Shown: positions 39,825 to 51,389, counted from the first letter of the stretch. The stretch is DNA of 64,000 nucleotides from Methanotrichaceae archaeon (GCA_963803145.1 CAWDLW010000012.1:64001-128000), one strand, 5' to 3'. Translations and numbers: made by a program. Notes: generated from the sequence alone by a model not told the origin.

Positions 39825-42800
39825 TCACTTTAACCCTTTAAAATGAATCTCACATCTAGTTCCATTGATTGTATCTAGGCTCATCTTACCATCGATCTGC
39901 TTAACAAGGGTATCTATCAGTCGGAACCCCAAGGTCTTCGAATCCTTGATATTCAGGCCCTCCTTGATCCCTATCCCATTATCACTAATAACCATATTGA
40001 AGCCATCGTCCTCAGAACTGAGATCTATACTGATCTCGCCCTCCCTGCCATCTGGAAAAGCGTACTTAAGAGAGTTGGAGACCAGTTCATTTATGATCAT
40101 ACCGCAGGGAATAGCTGTGTTTATATTCAAATAAACCTTTTCTGAATTTACTTTAAAGCTGATCTTGCCCGCAAGATCACCATAAGACTGAGATAAATGT
40201 GAGACCAGTTGTTTTATGTACTCGTTGAAGTCAACCTTTCCCAAATCTTTAGACCTATACAAGTTCTCATGAATCAGAGCCATGGATTTGATACGGTTCT
40301 GACTATCTTTGAAGATTTTTATAATATTATCGTCAGTGAGGTTCGATGACTGCAGGGAAAGAAGAGCAGATATGATCTGCAGGTTATTCTTGACACGATG
40401 GTGAACCTCTTTGAGGAGGATTTCCTTCTCTTGGAGAGAGGCTATGATCTTGTCCTCTGCCAGCTTTCTATCTGTGATGTCCCTGGTTATGCCTACCAGG
40501 AACTGGTTTCCTGCATTATCTGTATAAGGAGTCTTCTTGACTAGAACGGTAAGGGTCTTATCTGCATATTTGTTTGTCTCCTCGTTTGTGATCTCGGCTC
40601 CTGTCTTGAAAACCTCCTCATCCTTCATCCAAGAGACCTCAGCCATCTCTTTGGATGAAAAGAGTTCATAAGCTGTCTTGCCCACTATCTCCTCACAGGG
40701 GAGACCCCAGAGCTTGCACGCAGCATCATTTACCAGGGTCATCCTATGTTGTCTATCCTTGACAAATAATGGGTCACCAATGGAATTGATTATTTTGTTC
40801 AAATAGTCCTTCGACTCCTGCAGGGCTTTCTCCATCTTTTTTTGTTCAGTGATGTCCTTGATGGACTCGATAGCTCCAACGATCTTTCCCTGTATGTCAT
40901 ATATTGGGGAAGCTACACCCCAAAGATAGGCACCAACCCCTTTCACTTTGGGCGTGAATGCATATCCTACAAGTGTGCCATCAACCCACTTCAAGTCAGA
41001 GTACTTTTTCTCAATCCTGGACTCGGGTTCAAGCACTAGATCTACCAGCAAAGGCCTCCTCTCGCCGTAAAAGGGCAGAGAATACTCGTAGTCCCCTTTT
41101 TCTAGCATGTCCTCTGCTTTAATGCCAGTCAAGGCTTCCATAGAGCGATTCCAGGCTATGACTTTGCGATCTTCATTTATGACCAATGTGGCATCAGGCA
41201 GAAAGTTGATGATGTCCGTTAACCGCCTCTCGGACTCCTTTAGAGCAGTTTCCATATGCTTCCTGTCAGTTATATCCAAAATAACGCCCACAAGACCTGC
41301 TAGTCGACCTTCAGTGTCAAAGTACGTGGCTTTGCTGAACATGACATCATGTCTGCTTCCGTCAGTATGTGCCATTGAGGACTCGTACATCTGCACCCCA
41401 GGGTCCTGGAAGAGTTTGTTATCCGCCTCATAATATATAGCGGCTAATTCTTTGGGATATAGCTCGTAGACGGTATATCCTACTATATTATCTTTTAAAT
41501 AGCCTGTAATGGCTTCAAAGGCAGTGTTGCAGCCAAGGTAGACTCCCTTTGTATCCTTATAAAAGATGGGGTTAGGTATTGAATCTATCAGCTGCTGTAG
41601 AAAATTCAATTGTTCTCGTAAAGTTCTCTCTGCTTTTTTAAATTCTGTAATGTCACGGATGGATTCTATGGCTCCTATGCGGTTGCCTTTATTATCAAAT
41701 AGAGGTGCTCCGGTTGCCATTACATAGGCCCCTTTGCCTCCGTACAGCGCAGGTGTATATGTTTCAGCATAGAGTATTTTTCCTTTTCTTTCTACATACC
41801 GATATTTGGAAGCAAGATCATTATCGTCTAAATCTAAAAGATCCAGCAAATGCATTCTTCGTTCGCCATAGAATGGGATTGTGTAAGCATAGTCCCCCTT
41901 TCCGATCATATCGTCTTTATTGACCCCAGTCATCTCCTCTATGGCACGATTCCAGGCGATTATCTTCTTTTCGCTATCTATGACCAATGTGGCATCAGGC
42001 AGGAAGTCAATGATGGAAGCCAACTTGCTTTCCGAATCTCGTAGCGCTTCCTCAGCGTGCTTGCGCTCTGTGATATCGCGGGATATGCCAAGAATAGCAT
42101 ATATTTCATTATCATCCGTTTTGAGGGGGATCAGATGCGTATCCTGCCAAAGTCCCATTCCACCAACAATCATCACATCCTCAGAATGGACTGGCAAGCC
42201 TGTCTCAAAGACCTTATCCAGTCGAAGCTTCTGACGATAGGCTACATCAGGAGGAAAGAGGCTGGACCTGAGACTACCGATAATCTCCTCATGTTGGGGA
42301 CCAAGTCCCCTTGCAGCGGAGCCGTTTACATACACAATCTTATCATCACGGCTGATAACATAAATCATATCCTGTGAGGCCTCTGCAAGAATCTTATACT
42401 GCTCCTTACTCTCACGCAGGGATTTTTCCATTTGATTGCGCTCGGTTATATCCAGCATAGATGCGACGCTCTTCCTTGTCCTGGGGATAGCATCGACATG
42501 CAATAGTATATCCCTAATATGGCCATTTTTATCAATGGCCTGAAACTCATAGCTTCTCAGGGCTGCTCCAGGATCTATTCTTCTCAATTTATGCTGCTCA
42601 AGCATCCTTTCGAGATCTTCTTTTACGACGAACTCAGTCCAGCTAATCTTACCCTCAATCTCCTCTCTGCTATAGCCAATAAGCCTTGCGAACTCCGAAT
42701 TGGCCAGCGTTATGAGAGTATCATCTTCGTCAATTACCATCGCAGTACCGGTATTCTCGAAAATGGCCCTGTACATGTTCTCCGATTCCTGCAGCGCCTT

Positions 42801-44969
42801 CTCAGTAAGCTTCAGCTCAGTTATATCCATCAGAGATGCAACGCTTTTCTTTGTCCCGGGTATGGTATCAACACGCAATAGTATATTCTTGACATTGCCA
42901 TATCTATCGATGGCACGAAACTCATAGTTATTCAGGGCCGCATTTGAACCAGTCCTTCTCAATTTATGCTGCACCGTCATCCTTTCGAGATCATCTTTTA
43001 CGACGAACTCAGTCCAGCTTTTCTTGCCTTCTATCTCCTCTTTGCTATAGCCAGAAAGTTTTTCCACTTCCGAATTTGCCAGCGATATGATGGTATTATC
43101 CTCAATGATTATTGTTGCAGTGCCAGTGTTCTCGAAAATGGTCCTGTACCTATTCTCGGATTCTTGCAGGGCCTCCTCTGCCATTTTGCGCTCGGTTATA
43201 TTTACTGCAACATGCACCACCCCTACCAGATCTCCATTTGTGTTCTTGATGACATTGCTGTGAGATATCCAGACCTTGCCGTCAGGAGTAGTTAGCTCGC
43301 CTTCCTGAGGTCGGGCAGTTTGAAGAGCCTTCAAGGCTGTGCAGCCTGGGCAGGATGATTCAATGCCTTGAATCACCTCAAAGCAGCACTTTCCCTTTAT
43401 TTCGTCCTCGGAAAGGCCGAGGTGCTTTTGAACAGCATTGTTCAGCCAGATGATGTGCATCTGGGGATCGAGGTATTCGACAGATACATTCTTCAGGCCG
43501 TCCAGAACCGCAGTCTTTTCCTGCTCCGATTTGCGTAAGGCATCTTCTGCTCGTTTTCGATCTGTGATATCCCGGGCTATTGAGCAGAGAATGCTCTCGT
43601 TTTCAAAGAAGAGGAGATTGACATACACTTCTACATCTAATAGGGAGCCATCTTTCTTGCGGTAGTTTCTTTGACCTATATAGCAACGTTTCTTTTCCTT
43701 GATCTTTTCGATGTTGCTGTCGATGCTATCTCTATCATGGGCTACAATATCATAGATGCTCAATCCGGCGATATCCTCAATGGAATATCCTAGAAGTCTA
43801 TGAAACGCTAGATTTCCTTCCAGAATACACTTCGTCTCTAAATCATAAAGAAAAATGATATCCGAAGCCTGATCCACAACAGAGTGATAGCGATCTTCGC
43901 TCTCCTGAAGTGCTTCATCAGCCAGATTAAGCTCTTGCATCTGGGATAGGGTTGTTGCAAGCAGCTGATTGCTCTCATCAATCGTCACCTTCTGGCGCAT
44001 GAACGCGAGCCCAATCACTGCTGCGATGAATCCTGTCATGACGGAATAACTGATTAAGCGTGTGTTTTCGTAACTCCAGACGAGGAGAAAGGATGTGGCT
44101 CCGATCGCCAGATAGGGTAAATATTGAGTCCATGAGGCACTCTTGTTATAAGTGGCGCTCAAATCTGTTGGTTGGCTGAGCGGTTTAGAGTTTGCCTGCA
44201 TCACGCCAGCAAGCAAGAATAGCATATCACTTATCAGCCAGAGGGTATCTAGGAGGCTACTTGAGACATAAGTTCCCGCTTGCGTCTGTATAGAGAAGAT
44301 CACATCTGCAATCAACCATATAACTAAGCCAAAAGCCAGCAAGAAAAGCGGCTTGCTTCCGGCAAAACTTAGCTTTCTAAATATCAGCTCCATGAATGCA
44401 GCCAAAACAACCAGATCCATGACCGGATAGGCCACGGAAACCACTAAACTGAGGTCAACTGATTCGTTGGATGCAATAATAGGGGCGATCATGAAGACCC
44501 AGAATAAAAAAATAGATGCTATTACTACGATTCCGGCATCTAAGAGAAACTTGATTCTCTCACGAGAAGAGAGTGGAACTGTAGGCAGAAGAAAGATGCC
44601 CAGAGCAAATATAGGATAGAACGCGAGATAAAAAACATCTGCGACTGACGGGAATGGGTTCTCTCGGAGTCCAGCCTCGATCACAGCCCAGCTCACATCT
44701 CCTAAGGCATAGACGATCTGGGCTATAGCCAGGACCATCCAGGCTTTTCTAGTTCGCCCAATTGAGTTTGATGCTCCATACAGCAGGCCGATGGCAGCAA
44801 GTCCGCTGCCTATAGCGAAAATTACATCGTCAATGGGGATAAAGATCTCTCTATCTTTGATAGCAGCTAATATGGCCATGCGGATAAGCACAATTGAGAT
44901 CGCTAGAATGGATGCTCTATGGAAGGATATTGCCTTGCTGCCATCTAACAAGTTCCGCCACCTTAGCAT
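39825..44969 (-). CDS. Membrane sensor histidine kinase with 9 PAS domains (HisKA_2 type)
   Basis: N-terminal multi-TM domain; nine PAS/PAC units ending DIT; H-box KEVHHRVKNNLQ, NELVSNSLKYAF, DNGIG. Confidence 0.92.
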   Translation of the reverse strand: MLRWRNLLDGSKAISFHRASILAISIVLIRMAILAAIKDREIFIPIDDVIFAIGSGLAAIGLLYGASNSIGRTRKAWMVLAIAQIVYALGDVSWAVIEAGLRENPFPSVADVFYLAFYPIFALGIFLLPTVPLSSRERIKFLLDAGIVVIASIFLFWVFMIAPIIASNESVDLSLVVSVAYPVMDLVVLAAFMELIFRKLSFAGSKPLFLLAFGLVIWLIADVIFSIQTQAGTYVSSSLLDTLWLISDMLFLLAGVMQANSKPLSQPTDLSATYNKSASWTQYLPYLAIGATSFLLVWSYENTRLISYSVMTGFIAAVIGLAFMRQKVTIDESNQLLATTLSQMQELNLADEALQESEDRYHSVVDQASDIIFLYDLETKCILEGNLAFHRLLGYSIEDIAGLSIYDIVAHDRDSIDSNIEKIKEKKRCYIGQRNYRKKDGSLLDVEVYVNLLFFENESILCSIARDITDRKRAEDALRKSEQEKTAVLDGLKNVSVEYLDPQMHIIWLNNAVQKHLGLSEDEIKGKCCFEVIQGIESSCPGCTALKALQTARPQEGELTTPDGKVWISHSNVIKNTNGDLVGVVHVAVNITERKMAEEALQESENRYRTIFENTGTATIIIEDNTIISLANSEVEKLSGYSKEEIEGKKSWTEFVVKDDLERMTVQHKLRRTGSNAALNNYEFRAIDRYGNVKNILLRVDTIPGTKKSVASLMDITELKLTEKALQESENMYRAIFENTGTAMVIDEDDTLITLANSEFARLIGYSREEIEGKISWTEFVVKEDLERMLEQHKLRRIDPGAALRSYEFQAIDKNGHIRDILLHVDAIPRTRKSVASMLDITERNQMEKSLRESKEQYKILAEASQDMIYVISRDDKIVYVNGSAARGLGPQHEEIIGSLRSSLFPPDVAYRQKLRLDKVFETGLPVHSEDVMIVGGMGLWQDTHLIPLKTDDNEIYAILGISRDITERKHAEEALRDSESKLASIIDFLPDATLVIDSEKKIIAWNRAIEEMTGVNKDDMIGKGDYAYTIPFYGERRMHLLDLLDLDDNDLASKYRYVERKGKILYAETYTPALYGGKGAYVMATGAPLFDNKGNRIGAIESIRDITEFKKAERTLREQLNFLQQLIDSIPNPIFYKDTKGVYLGCNTAFEAITGYLKDNIVGYTVYELYPKELAAIYYEADNKLFQDPGVQMYESSMAHTDGSRHDVMFSKATYFDTEGRLAGLVGVILDITDRKHMETALKESERRLTDIINFLPDATLVINEDRKVIAWNRSMEALTGIKAEDMLEKGDYEYSLPFYGERRPLLVDLVLEPESRIEKKYSDLKWVDGTLVGYAFTPKVKGVGAYLWGVASPIYDIQGKIVGAIESIKDITEQKKMEKALQESKDYLNKIINSIGDPLFVKDRQHRMTLVNDAACKLWGLPCEEIVGKTAYELFSSKEMAEVSWMKDEEVFKTGAEITNEETNKYADKTLTVLVKKTPYTDNAGNQFLVGITRDITDRKLAEDKIIASLQEKEILLKEVHHRVKNNLQIISALLSLQSSNLTDDNIIKIFKDSQNRIKSMALIHENLYRSKDLGKVDFNEYIKQLVSHLSQSYGDLAGKISFKVNSEKVYLNINTAIPCGMIINELVSNSLKYAFPDGREGEISIDLSSEDDGFNMVISDNGIGIKEGLNIKDSKTLGFRLIDTLVKQIDGKMSLDTINGTRCEIHFKGLK

Positions 44970-45075
44970 TATCCCTCCCTATTATTCAATATCTTAAGAT
45001 CTGATAAAAGCTTTTTGGTAATGTATTATCTATACCGGGATAATAATTATAACATGATGATTTTGTTTCTACGAA

Positions 45076-46336
45076 GGTAGTGTGACGATATTTCTGTAAT
45101 TTGTCCAAGCCCTGTATCCTTCATTAGTCACTCCTCATCCCAAGATAAATACTTTCTACCTGTGACCCATTCCTCGTTGATATCGATTAAGATAGAGACA
45201 CCTAATCTCATGAATGATTGATCATTGGGGAAAGCCCCAACGACTCGAGATCTTCGTTTAAGTTCTTTATTTATTCTTTCCATACAGTTAGTAGTTCTTA
45301 TCCGTCTCCAGTGGCTCTTTGGAAAAGCTCTATAATTCCATAAATCGAATCTAAACCTTTCAACGGTATCAAGAGCCTTTGAATATCCTCTATCCGCTAG
45401 TTCATCAGACAGAGTTTGAATAGCTTGCTCACTATCCAGAGCTTCTTTGACTTTTTGGGCTATCTCATCTTTATACTTGTTAGGTATATTTTTCAATACG
45501 GCACGCATGAAATGAACATGGCACATCTGCCATGATGCACCTAGAAATGATTCTTGAACCGCTTTTTGAATTCCTTTATGGCCATCTGATACAACTAACT
45601 CCACTCCAGATAATCCTCTAAGCTTCAAATCGTCAAATAGTCCAGACCAAAATAGTTCATCCTCTCCATCTGCAATTCTTGCACCAAGTATTTCGCGATA
45701 ACCGTCCTCACGAACTCCTGTAATAATCAGAAAGGCTCTGTTGACATATCTTGATTCAACCCTAACCTTGAAGTAGCTAGCATCGACAAATAGATATTTT
45801 ATCTTCTTTTCGATAGATCTATTGAGGAATTCATTAACCTTATCGTCTAATTCTTTTGAAATCCTCGATATACTTGAAGGTGATAGCTGATCAAGCCCAA
45901 GATGAGAAACTATATCCTGGATTTTTCTAGTTGAGACTCCTTGAATATAGGATTCTGCAACAGCATTTATCAATGCCTTCTCTATTCGAGAATATCTATC
46001 GAATACTTTTGTCTCGAAGGACGTTTCCCTTAGCTGGGGCTTGTCTAAGGTTATTTCGCCTACTCTTGTCTTTAGAGACCTTTTCTTATATCCATTTCGA
46101 TGAGCTTTCCTGCCATCTATCCTTTGGTAAGGCTCGGCTCCTGTCTGTTGCAGTGCCTCTAGCTGCATTACTAGATTCAGGAACCAGGTGAAAAGCTCTT
46201 TTAATCCTATCTCTTGATCGATAAGATAATCTTGTAGTAATTCTGTTGGTACCATTGCTCTGTATCCCCTTTGTATCTCAATACTTGGTTGGATACAGGG
46301 CTACTTATCAATTTACAGAATTAATGGCACACTGCC
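45076..46336 (-). mobile_element. IS256-family insertion sequence (1261 bp)
   Basis: Imperfect 28-bp TIRs (GGTAGTGTG.../GGCAGTGTG..., 22/28); 8-bp target duplication TCTACGAA at 45068-45075 and 46337-46344. Confidence 0.92.
45128..46255 (-). CDS. IS256-family transposase
   Basis: RNGY, GVSTRK, VDASY, SDGHKG, QMCHVHF, TTNCMERIN. Confidence 0.93.
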   Translation of the reverse strand: MVPTELLQDYLIDQEIGLKELFTWFLNLVMQLEALQQTGAEPYQRIDGRKAHRNGYKKRSLKTRVGEITLDKPQLRETSFETKVFDRYSRIEKALINAVAESYIQGVSTRKIQDIVSHLGLDQLSPSSISRISKELDDKVNEFLNRSIEKKIKYLFVDASYFKVRVESRYVNRAFLIITGVREDGYREILGARIADGEDELFWSGLFDDLKLRGLSGVELVVSDGHKGIQKAVQESFLGASWQMCHVHFMRAVLKNIPNKYKDEIAQKVKEALDSEQAIQTLSDELADRGYSKALDTVERFRFDLWNYRAFPKSHWRRIRTTNCMERINKELKRRSRVVGAFPNDQSFMRLGVSILIDINEEWVTGRKYLSWDEE

Positions 46337-46638
46337 TCTACGAATCGATCTGAATGTGTACTGCAGCAAGCTGGCTGCTGGCTTTGCTGATGTCATTTGC
46401 TGAGTTGAGGTGTACGATTCATAAACGACTTATGGATATAGCTTCAAAACTGAAGCAATAGATATGCTTAGCTTATGTCTTAATATATAGAGAGTGAATA
46501 CCACAGATGTCAAATCCTCTCGGAACTTTTAGCCGATACAATCATGCTTAGATGATACGGATTTTCAGTCAGCTACTTTTGAGCTGCTTATAATATATAA
46601 ATCTCCGAGAAAAGAGGCTAAACGCTAGTTAGTAGCGC

Positions 46639-48576
46639 TCAGGGTTTTGATGGTATGTCGTATTTATCTATCTCTTTGCTTTTAGTATGTCCATTGGGTC
46701 TTGTAATGAAATATGTATAGCCCTTTAGGGTCTTATTGAGTTGAGATTCTACTTGCTCGAGTTCCTTCTTATCGATACAATGCTTCTTTTCCACGCAGCG
46801 ATCCATAATCTCCCAGATATAGTCCTTAGTCTCATAGTTGAAGAAATCGAGAAGCTTCCTGCATGTATCTCCCTCGACCTTCTGGCAGATCCACCAATCA
46901 TTCTCATCGATCATTACATGAACTTCATTGGCAGAGCCGAGAAGGTTGTGGAAGTCTCCAAGGGTGTCCTGATATGCGCCCAAAAGAAAGATCCCTATAT
47001 AGTAATCTTCATTCTCTATTAGAGTATGCATATCCAGATACTCGCGCCCCTCGCTGTCGCCTGCATATCGCTTGACCTCTCCGTCAGAATCGCATGTTAA
47101 ATCAACTATTGTTCCGTGCTCGCAGGGAATTTCATTCAAGCGATGGAGCGGTATTGTTGGAAAGATCTGCTCTACACCCCACATATCCGGTACCGATTGG
47201 AAGAGCGAGAAGTTGCCGATATACTTCTGGCTTACCAACCTTTTCAGCTCATGAAACTCCTCAGACTCATCCTCGGCTTGCTTCGCATAAAGCATGGCCT
47301 TCTTGCAGACCATCCAGAACAGCGTCTCGCCTTTGGCTCTCTCCTCAAGGCCGATGTTGCCCAGATTGAAGGCGTTGTAAAGGTCGTCCCTATACTGCAG
47401 AGCATCGTGGTAGTGCTCTTTGTAGTTATCCAGATTTATTTCCTTGAAAGCACTGCAAAGATCATCTATCTGTATTGGATCATCAGGATCTGGAGGCCTG
47501 AGAAATGTATCCTTGGAGTTCTTCTTGCCTACGATCTTAAAAATTAACATGCTATGGTATGCTGCGATTGCCCTGCCGCTCTCTGAGAGTATCGTTGGGC
47601 ATGGAACATTCTCCTCTTCGCATATCTTCTGGATTGTGTAGATGGCATCGTTCGCATACTCTTGAAGTTTATAGTTCGAGCTGGAAGGCGTGGCTGTGTT
47701 TGAGCCGTTATAATCCACTGAAAGTCCGCCGCCAATGTTGAGGTACTGGATGTCTGCCACCTTCCTAACCTTGGCATAGATCCTCGCGGCCTCATTCATG
47801 GCGTTCTTGATCATGCGGATATCTGTAATCTGCGAGCCAATATGGAAGTGAATCATCTTCAGGCTATCCATAAGGCCGTTTTCCTTTAAAATCCGCATCA
47901 ACTCAAGCATTTCGCTTGTTGAAAGGCCAAACTTTGCGGATTCGCCGCCGGATTCGACCCACCTGCCAGCACCCCGCGAAAAGAGCTTTACACGCATTCC
48001 GATCCTGGGGGTTATGCCCATCTCTTTGGCGTACCTCAGGATATCAAATATCTCCTCAAAAAGATCAACTACTATTATTATATTGTTAACATTGTGAATA
48101 CTTAGCGCGAGGCGCAGGTAATCAGCATCCTTGTATCCATTGCATACTATGAGAGCATCCTTAGACGGCCCAAGGGAGAGAGCAGCCAGAAGCTCTGCCT
48201 TTGTGCCAACCTCAAGGCCGATATTATATTTTGCACCGTACTTCAGTATATATTCGATGACTTCTTTCCTCTGGTTTACCTTCATAGGGAATATCGGCTG
48301 ATAGTTGCAACAGTATTTGAACTCTTTTATGGCGTTGGCGAAAGAACCTGTGATCTCATCTATTCTATCTTCAAGCATCTGTGGAAAGCGCAAAAGCACG
48401 GGAAACTCGAGATCTTTTGCCTCCTCTATCTCCTCTATTAGATCTGTAACATCTACGCTCTGGGATATATTCCTGTTAGGAATAATAATAATATTGCCTT
48501 TATCATTAACTGAAAAATAGCCATTGCCCCAGTTCTCAATTCCATAAAGATCGATAGAATTCTCAGCTGTCCACAT
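46639..48576 (-). CDS. speA: Biosynthetic PLP-dependent arginine decarboxylase
   Basis: WGNGYF, FPMKVNQ, CNGYKD, HFHIGSQI, SESGRA, TCDSDG, GAYQ; start set at MWTAENS. Confidence 0.92.
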   Translation of the reverse strand: MWTAENSIDLYGIENWGNGYFSVNDKGNIIIIPNRNISQSVDVTDLIEEIEEAKDLEFPVLLRFPQMLEDRIDEITGSFANAIKEFKYCCNYQPIFPMKVNQRKEVIEYILKYGAKYNIGLEVGTKAELLAALSLGPSKDALIVCNGYKDADYLRLALSIHNVNNIIIVVDLFEEIFDILRYAKEMGITPRIGMRVKLFSRGAGRWVESGGESAKFGLSTSEMLELMRILKENGLMDSLKMIHFHIGSQITDIRMIKNAMNEAARIYAKVRKVADIQYLNIGGGLSVDYNGSNTATPSSSNYKLQEYANDAIYTIQKICEEENVPCPTILSESGRAIAAYHSMLIFKIVGKKNSKDTFLRPPDPDDPIQIDDLCSAFKEINLDNYKEHYHDALQYRDDLYNAFNLGNIGLEERAKGETLFWMVCKKAMLYAKQAEDESEEFHELKRLVSQKYIGNFSLFQSVPDMWGVEQIFPTIPLHRLNEIPCEHGTIVDLTCDSDGEVKRYAGDSEGREYLDMHTLIENEDYYIGIFLLGAYQDTLGDFHNLLGSANEVHVMIDENDWWICQKVEGDTCRKLLDFFNYETKDYIWEIMDRCVEKKHCIDKKELEQVESQLNKTLKGYTYFITRPNGHTKSKEIDKYDIPSKP

Positions 48577-49087
48577 GGGGTCTGACCTCAATATATATCC
48601 CATAGCAACTGCCATCGACCATACCCAACTCATCCAAGATTAGTTCGGCAAACATACAGTAAATCAGCTCCCCACGAAATTCGGCCAATTGTATCGAATT
48701 TGCATAAGAGGGCCTTTTGGTATTAAAACTTCACGCGTCCAAAGTTCTCCATTCTCGTGAGATTCCGAAAGATGATCCAGGTCTCATCAATGGACTGGTG
48801 TGTGTAAAGATTAATGATTCAATTAAAGCTTTAGCACTGACAGATTAAGATTATCTTTTTGTGTTTTAGTTGATGAAATGGTTAGCAAGAGATTTTTATC
48901 GGAGATGAATGCTTAGAAATTGCTAGGGTCCTATAGCTTATCTATATTTTATTAAATTCATTAACCGATATAATTCCAATCTAATTATTACCAGTAAGTC
49001 GACAAGGCTAATTATTATTAATGCTAATCTAGCAATGGCCATACAAAATATTTAAAAATAATTAGTAATCACTTAATAGATAAGAGG

Positions 49088-49540
49088 GTGCTAGATGTGA
49101 ATGATGTTGATAGTACACCTAGCTTGCGTATTCTGGTTGTTGATGATAGCGCAGTAAATCGAAAGATATTACTCTTGATGTTAAGCCGTTTGGGATATAT
49201 GGCAGACACAGCAACCAATGGCAAGGAGGCTATACAGGCTCTGGAAAGAAAACCTTTTGATTTGGTACTCATGGATCTTCAAATGCCCATATTGGATGGC
49301 CTCAGAGCCGCAAAAATCATACGCGAAAACTCGGCTGACAGGGAACATCCATATATAATCGCAGTCACTGCCTTTGCGACCATTTATGATAGGGAGACCT
49401 GCATCAATGCTGGCATGAATGATTATCTTACTAAACCTGTGGATATTAATGAACTTGAGGCTGCCATCCAATCGGCAAGACTAGAGGAAAGGGATTATAT
49501 AAAACCCAGGGCCTCTCATCAGGCAAAATCCTGGGTTTAG
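49088..49540 (+). CDS. Single-domain response regulator (CheY-like)
   Basis: ILVVDD, LVLMDLQMP, AVTA, YLTKP. Confidence 0.9.
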   Translation: MLDVNDVDSTPSLRILVVDDSAVNRKILLLMLSRLGYMADTATNGKEAIQALERKPFDLVLMDLQMPILDGLRAAKIIRENSADREHPYIIAVTAFATIYDRETCINAGMNDYLTKPVDINELEAAIQSARLEERDYIKPRASHQAKSWV

Positions 49541-49737
49541 AAGAGTCACAGTTCAGCAAGCTGCATTGAATAAAGGGCTGTTGCTGCAAAGATGCTTATT
49601 AAAGGGTACTTGCTAAAAGATGATGGCTTTCTATTATCGCTACAACTAAATTCTGTTTTACTAGAGCTAGGGCGCTAGATTATGCTGGATGGTCCTGGGT
49701 CTGGACATTTGTGAAGCATCGATAGCTGGCAATATAA

Positions 49738-50538
49738 TCACAAACGGATCAGAATATCCCCAGGCAGTTGCTTATTGCTGAACCAGGCTCTCAGGATACC
49801 AGCAAATCTTTCTGGTTCGGCGAAAAGGTAGGCGTGATCGGCGCTAGCGATCAGATACCCTTGAGCATTTGGTAGCGCAGCTGTAAGTTCACGCATTGAA
49901 TCACGCATAAGTCTTGGCTCCTTCTGCCCGGCTAATACTAGGGTGGGCACAGTCACTTTCTGAAAGCCCTCTGGCAGCCGAAAAGAACTGTTCTCGTCCA
50001 GGATGCGGCTCAATGCATCAGTCGAGAGCTTTAATGTGTCCTGGTAGTAGATTTCGAAGTCTTCATTGGGGATGTGAAATGATCGAGCTTGAAGCTTTTG
50101 GAAGACACGATGTCGTGCTAGCGGCAAAACAGCACGTGATATTGCAGATAGTAAGTTGGCCATGGGCAGCGGATGTAGCAGAGCACTTGAAACTACTGCT
50201 CGATTTATCATTTGTGGGGCCATGGCCAGGAGAGCGACCAATACCTGACCGCCTAGCGAGTGTCCTACAACATACGCTCGGCCATCAGGAACTCGATCCT
50301 GAACCAAGTCTGCTATTCTCTGAGCGCTGTCTTTGATAGTGAAAGGCTTGATACTGCTGCTGCAGCCATGCTCAGGCAGATCCGGAATCAGGCAGTGAAA
50401 ATCATACAACTGGGAAGCACACCGGTACCACATCCAGCCACTGATACCTCCTCCATGTAACAGTATGACCGTCGGAGCATAGCTGGGGCCGCATTCTCGC
50501 ACAAAGATATCATCAGTGTTCATCACATGAATAGCCAT
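49738..50538 (-). CDS. Alpha/beta hydrolase
   Basis: LLHGGG, PDLPEHG, GHSLGG, C-terminal His. Confidence 0.9.
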   Translation of the reverse strand: MAIHVMNTDDIFVRECGPSYAPTVILLHGGGISGWMWYRCASQLYDFHCLIPDLPEHGCSSSIKPFTIKDSAQRIADLVQDRVPDGRAYVVGHSLGGQVLVALLAMAPQMINRAVVSSALLHPLPMANLLSAISRAVLPLARHRVFQKLQARSFHIPNEDFEIYYQDTLKLSTDALSRILDENSSFRLPEGFQKVTVPTLVLAGQKEPRLMRDSMRELTAALPNAQGYLIASADHAYLFAEPERFAGILRAWFSNKQLPGDILIRL

Positions 50539-50920
50539 ATAATGTATTGGTTCTGTTGCATAATAGGGTTGCTATAGTAAAGTCTACAAAGATGGAAGTC
50601 CTTTCTAATACTCTCGACTGTCTAACTAAAATAGTTATATAAGAGAAAGGTCTAATGGGTGTAGTAAGCATAGTGGATGGTGGCTTAATCATGGTCTTTT
50701 GCTTTCAATGTAGGATCCAGCTGACTACAAAATGTTTAGGTACATGGTATCCTGGCCGCGGGTTCTTATGCCGTGAGTGCTCAAAGAGAAAACACCTATA
50801 CATTAGATAGGCCGATAAGTGGGATTTCACAATCTCTCATTCCTAGGAGCCAGCTTCAATCGATATCTTTACAACCTATAATATTTTTTAGTAATGTTTA
50901 TTAACTTTAAATGAAATTAT

Positions 50921-51184
50921 ATGCCTATGGCTAAAGAAGAGTATAAGCAGCTATCCTGCGCAGATATAGGCATGCAGTGTGGATTCCAAATACGGGCAAA
51001 GACTGAAAGAGAGGTCATAGAGCTCACGAAGAAGCATGCGACAGAAGCACATGGCATGAAAGAAATTTGGCCGGAAACAGAAAGGAAAATCAAGGAGAAC
51101 ATCAAACCAGTATCGGTAGATGTGCCTGATAGCATCCCTCGGGAGAGTATCCACACAACTAGGCAGGATTTTGGATTTAGATAA
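50921..51184 (+). CDS. DUF1059 small metal-binding protein
   Basis: CADIGMQCGF...HATEAHG. Confidence 0.8.
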   Translation: MPMAKEEYKQLSCADIGMQCGFQIRAKTEREVIELTKKHATEAHGMKEIWPETERKIKENIKPVSVDVPDSIPRESIHTTRQDFGFR

Positions 51185-51389
51185 GGCCATATTTGTAACC
51201 CTTTTTATAAATATTATGATTCAACAGATCGCGAATTAGTGCACATCAGCCGCTAGCATATCGAAAAATCGTCTTAATGTCAAAGCGGTTTTGAAGGAAA
51301 AATCCATGGATACACTTGATAGTAGTCGGCAATTTGTCTCAGTTCAAAAACATATAAAAAGTAGTAATTGCTAATGATATTAGAAACTC

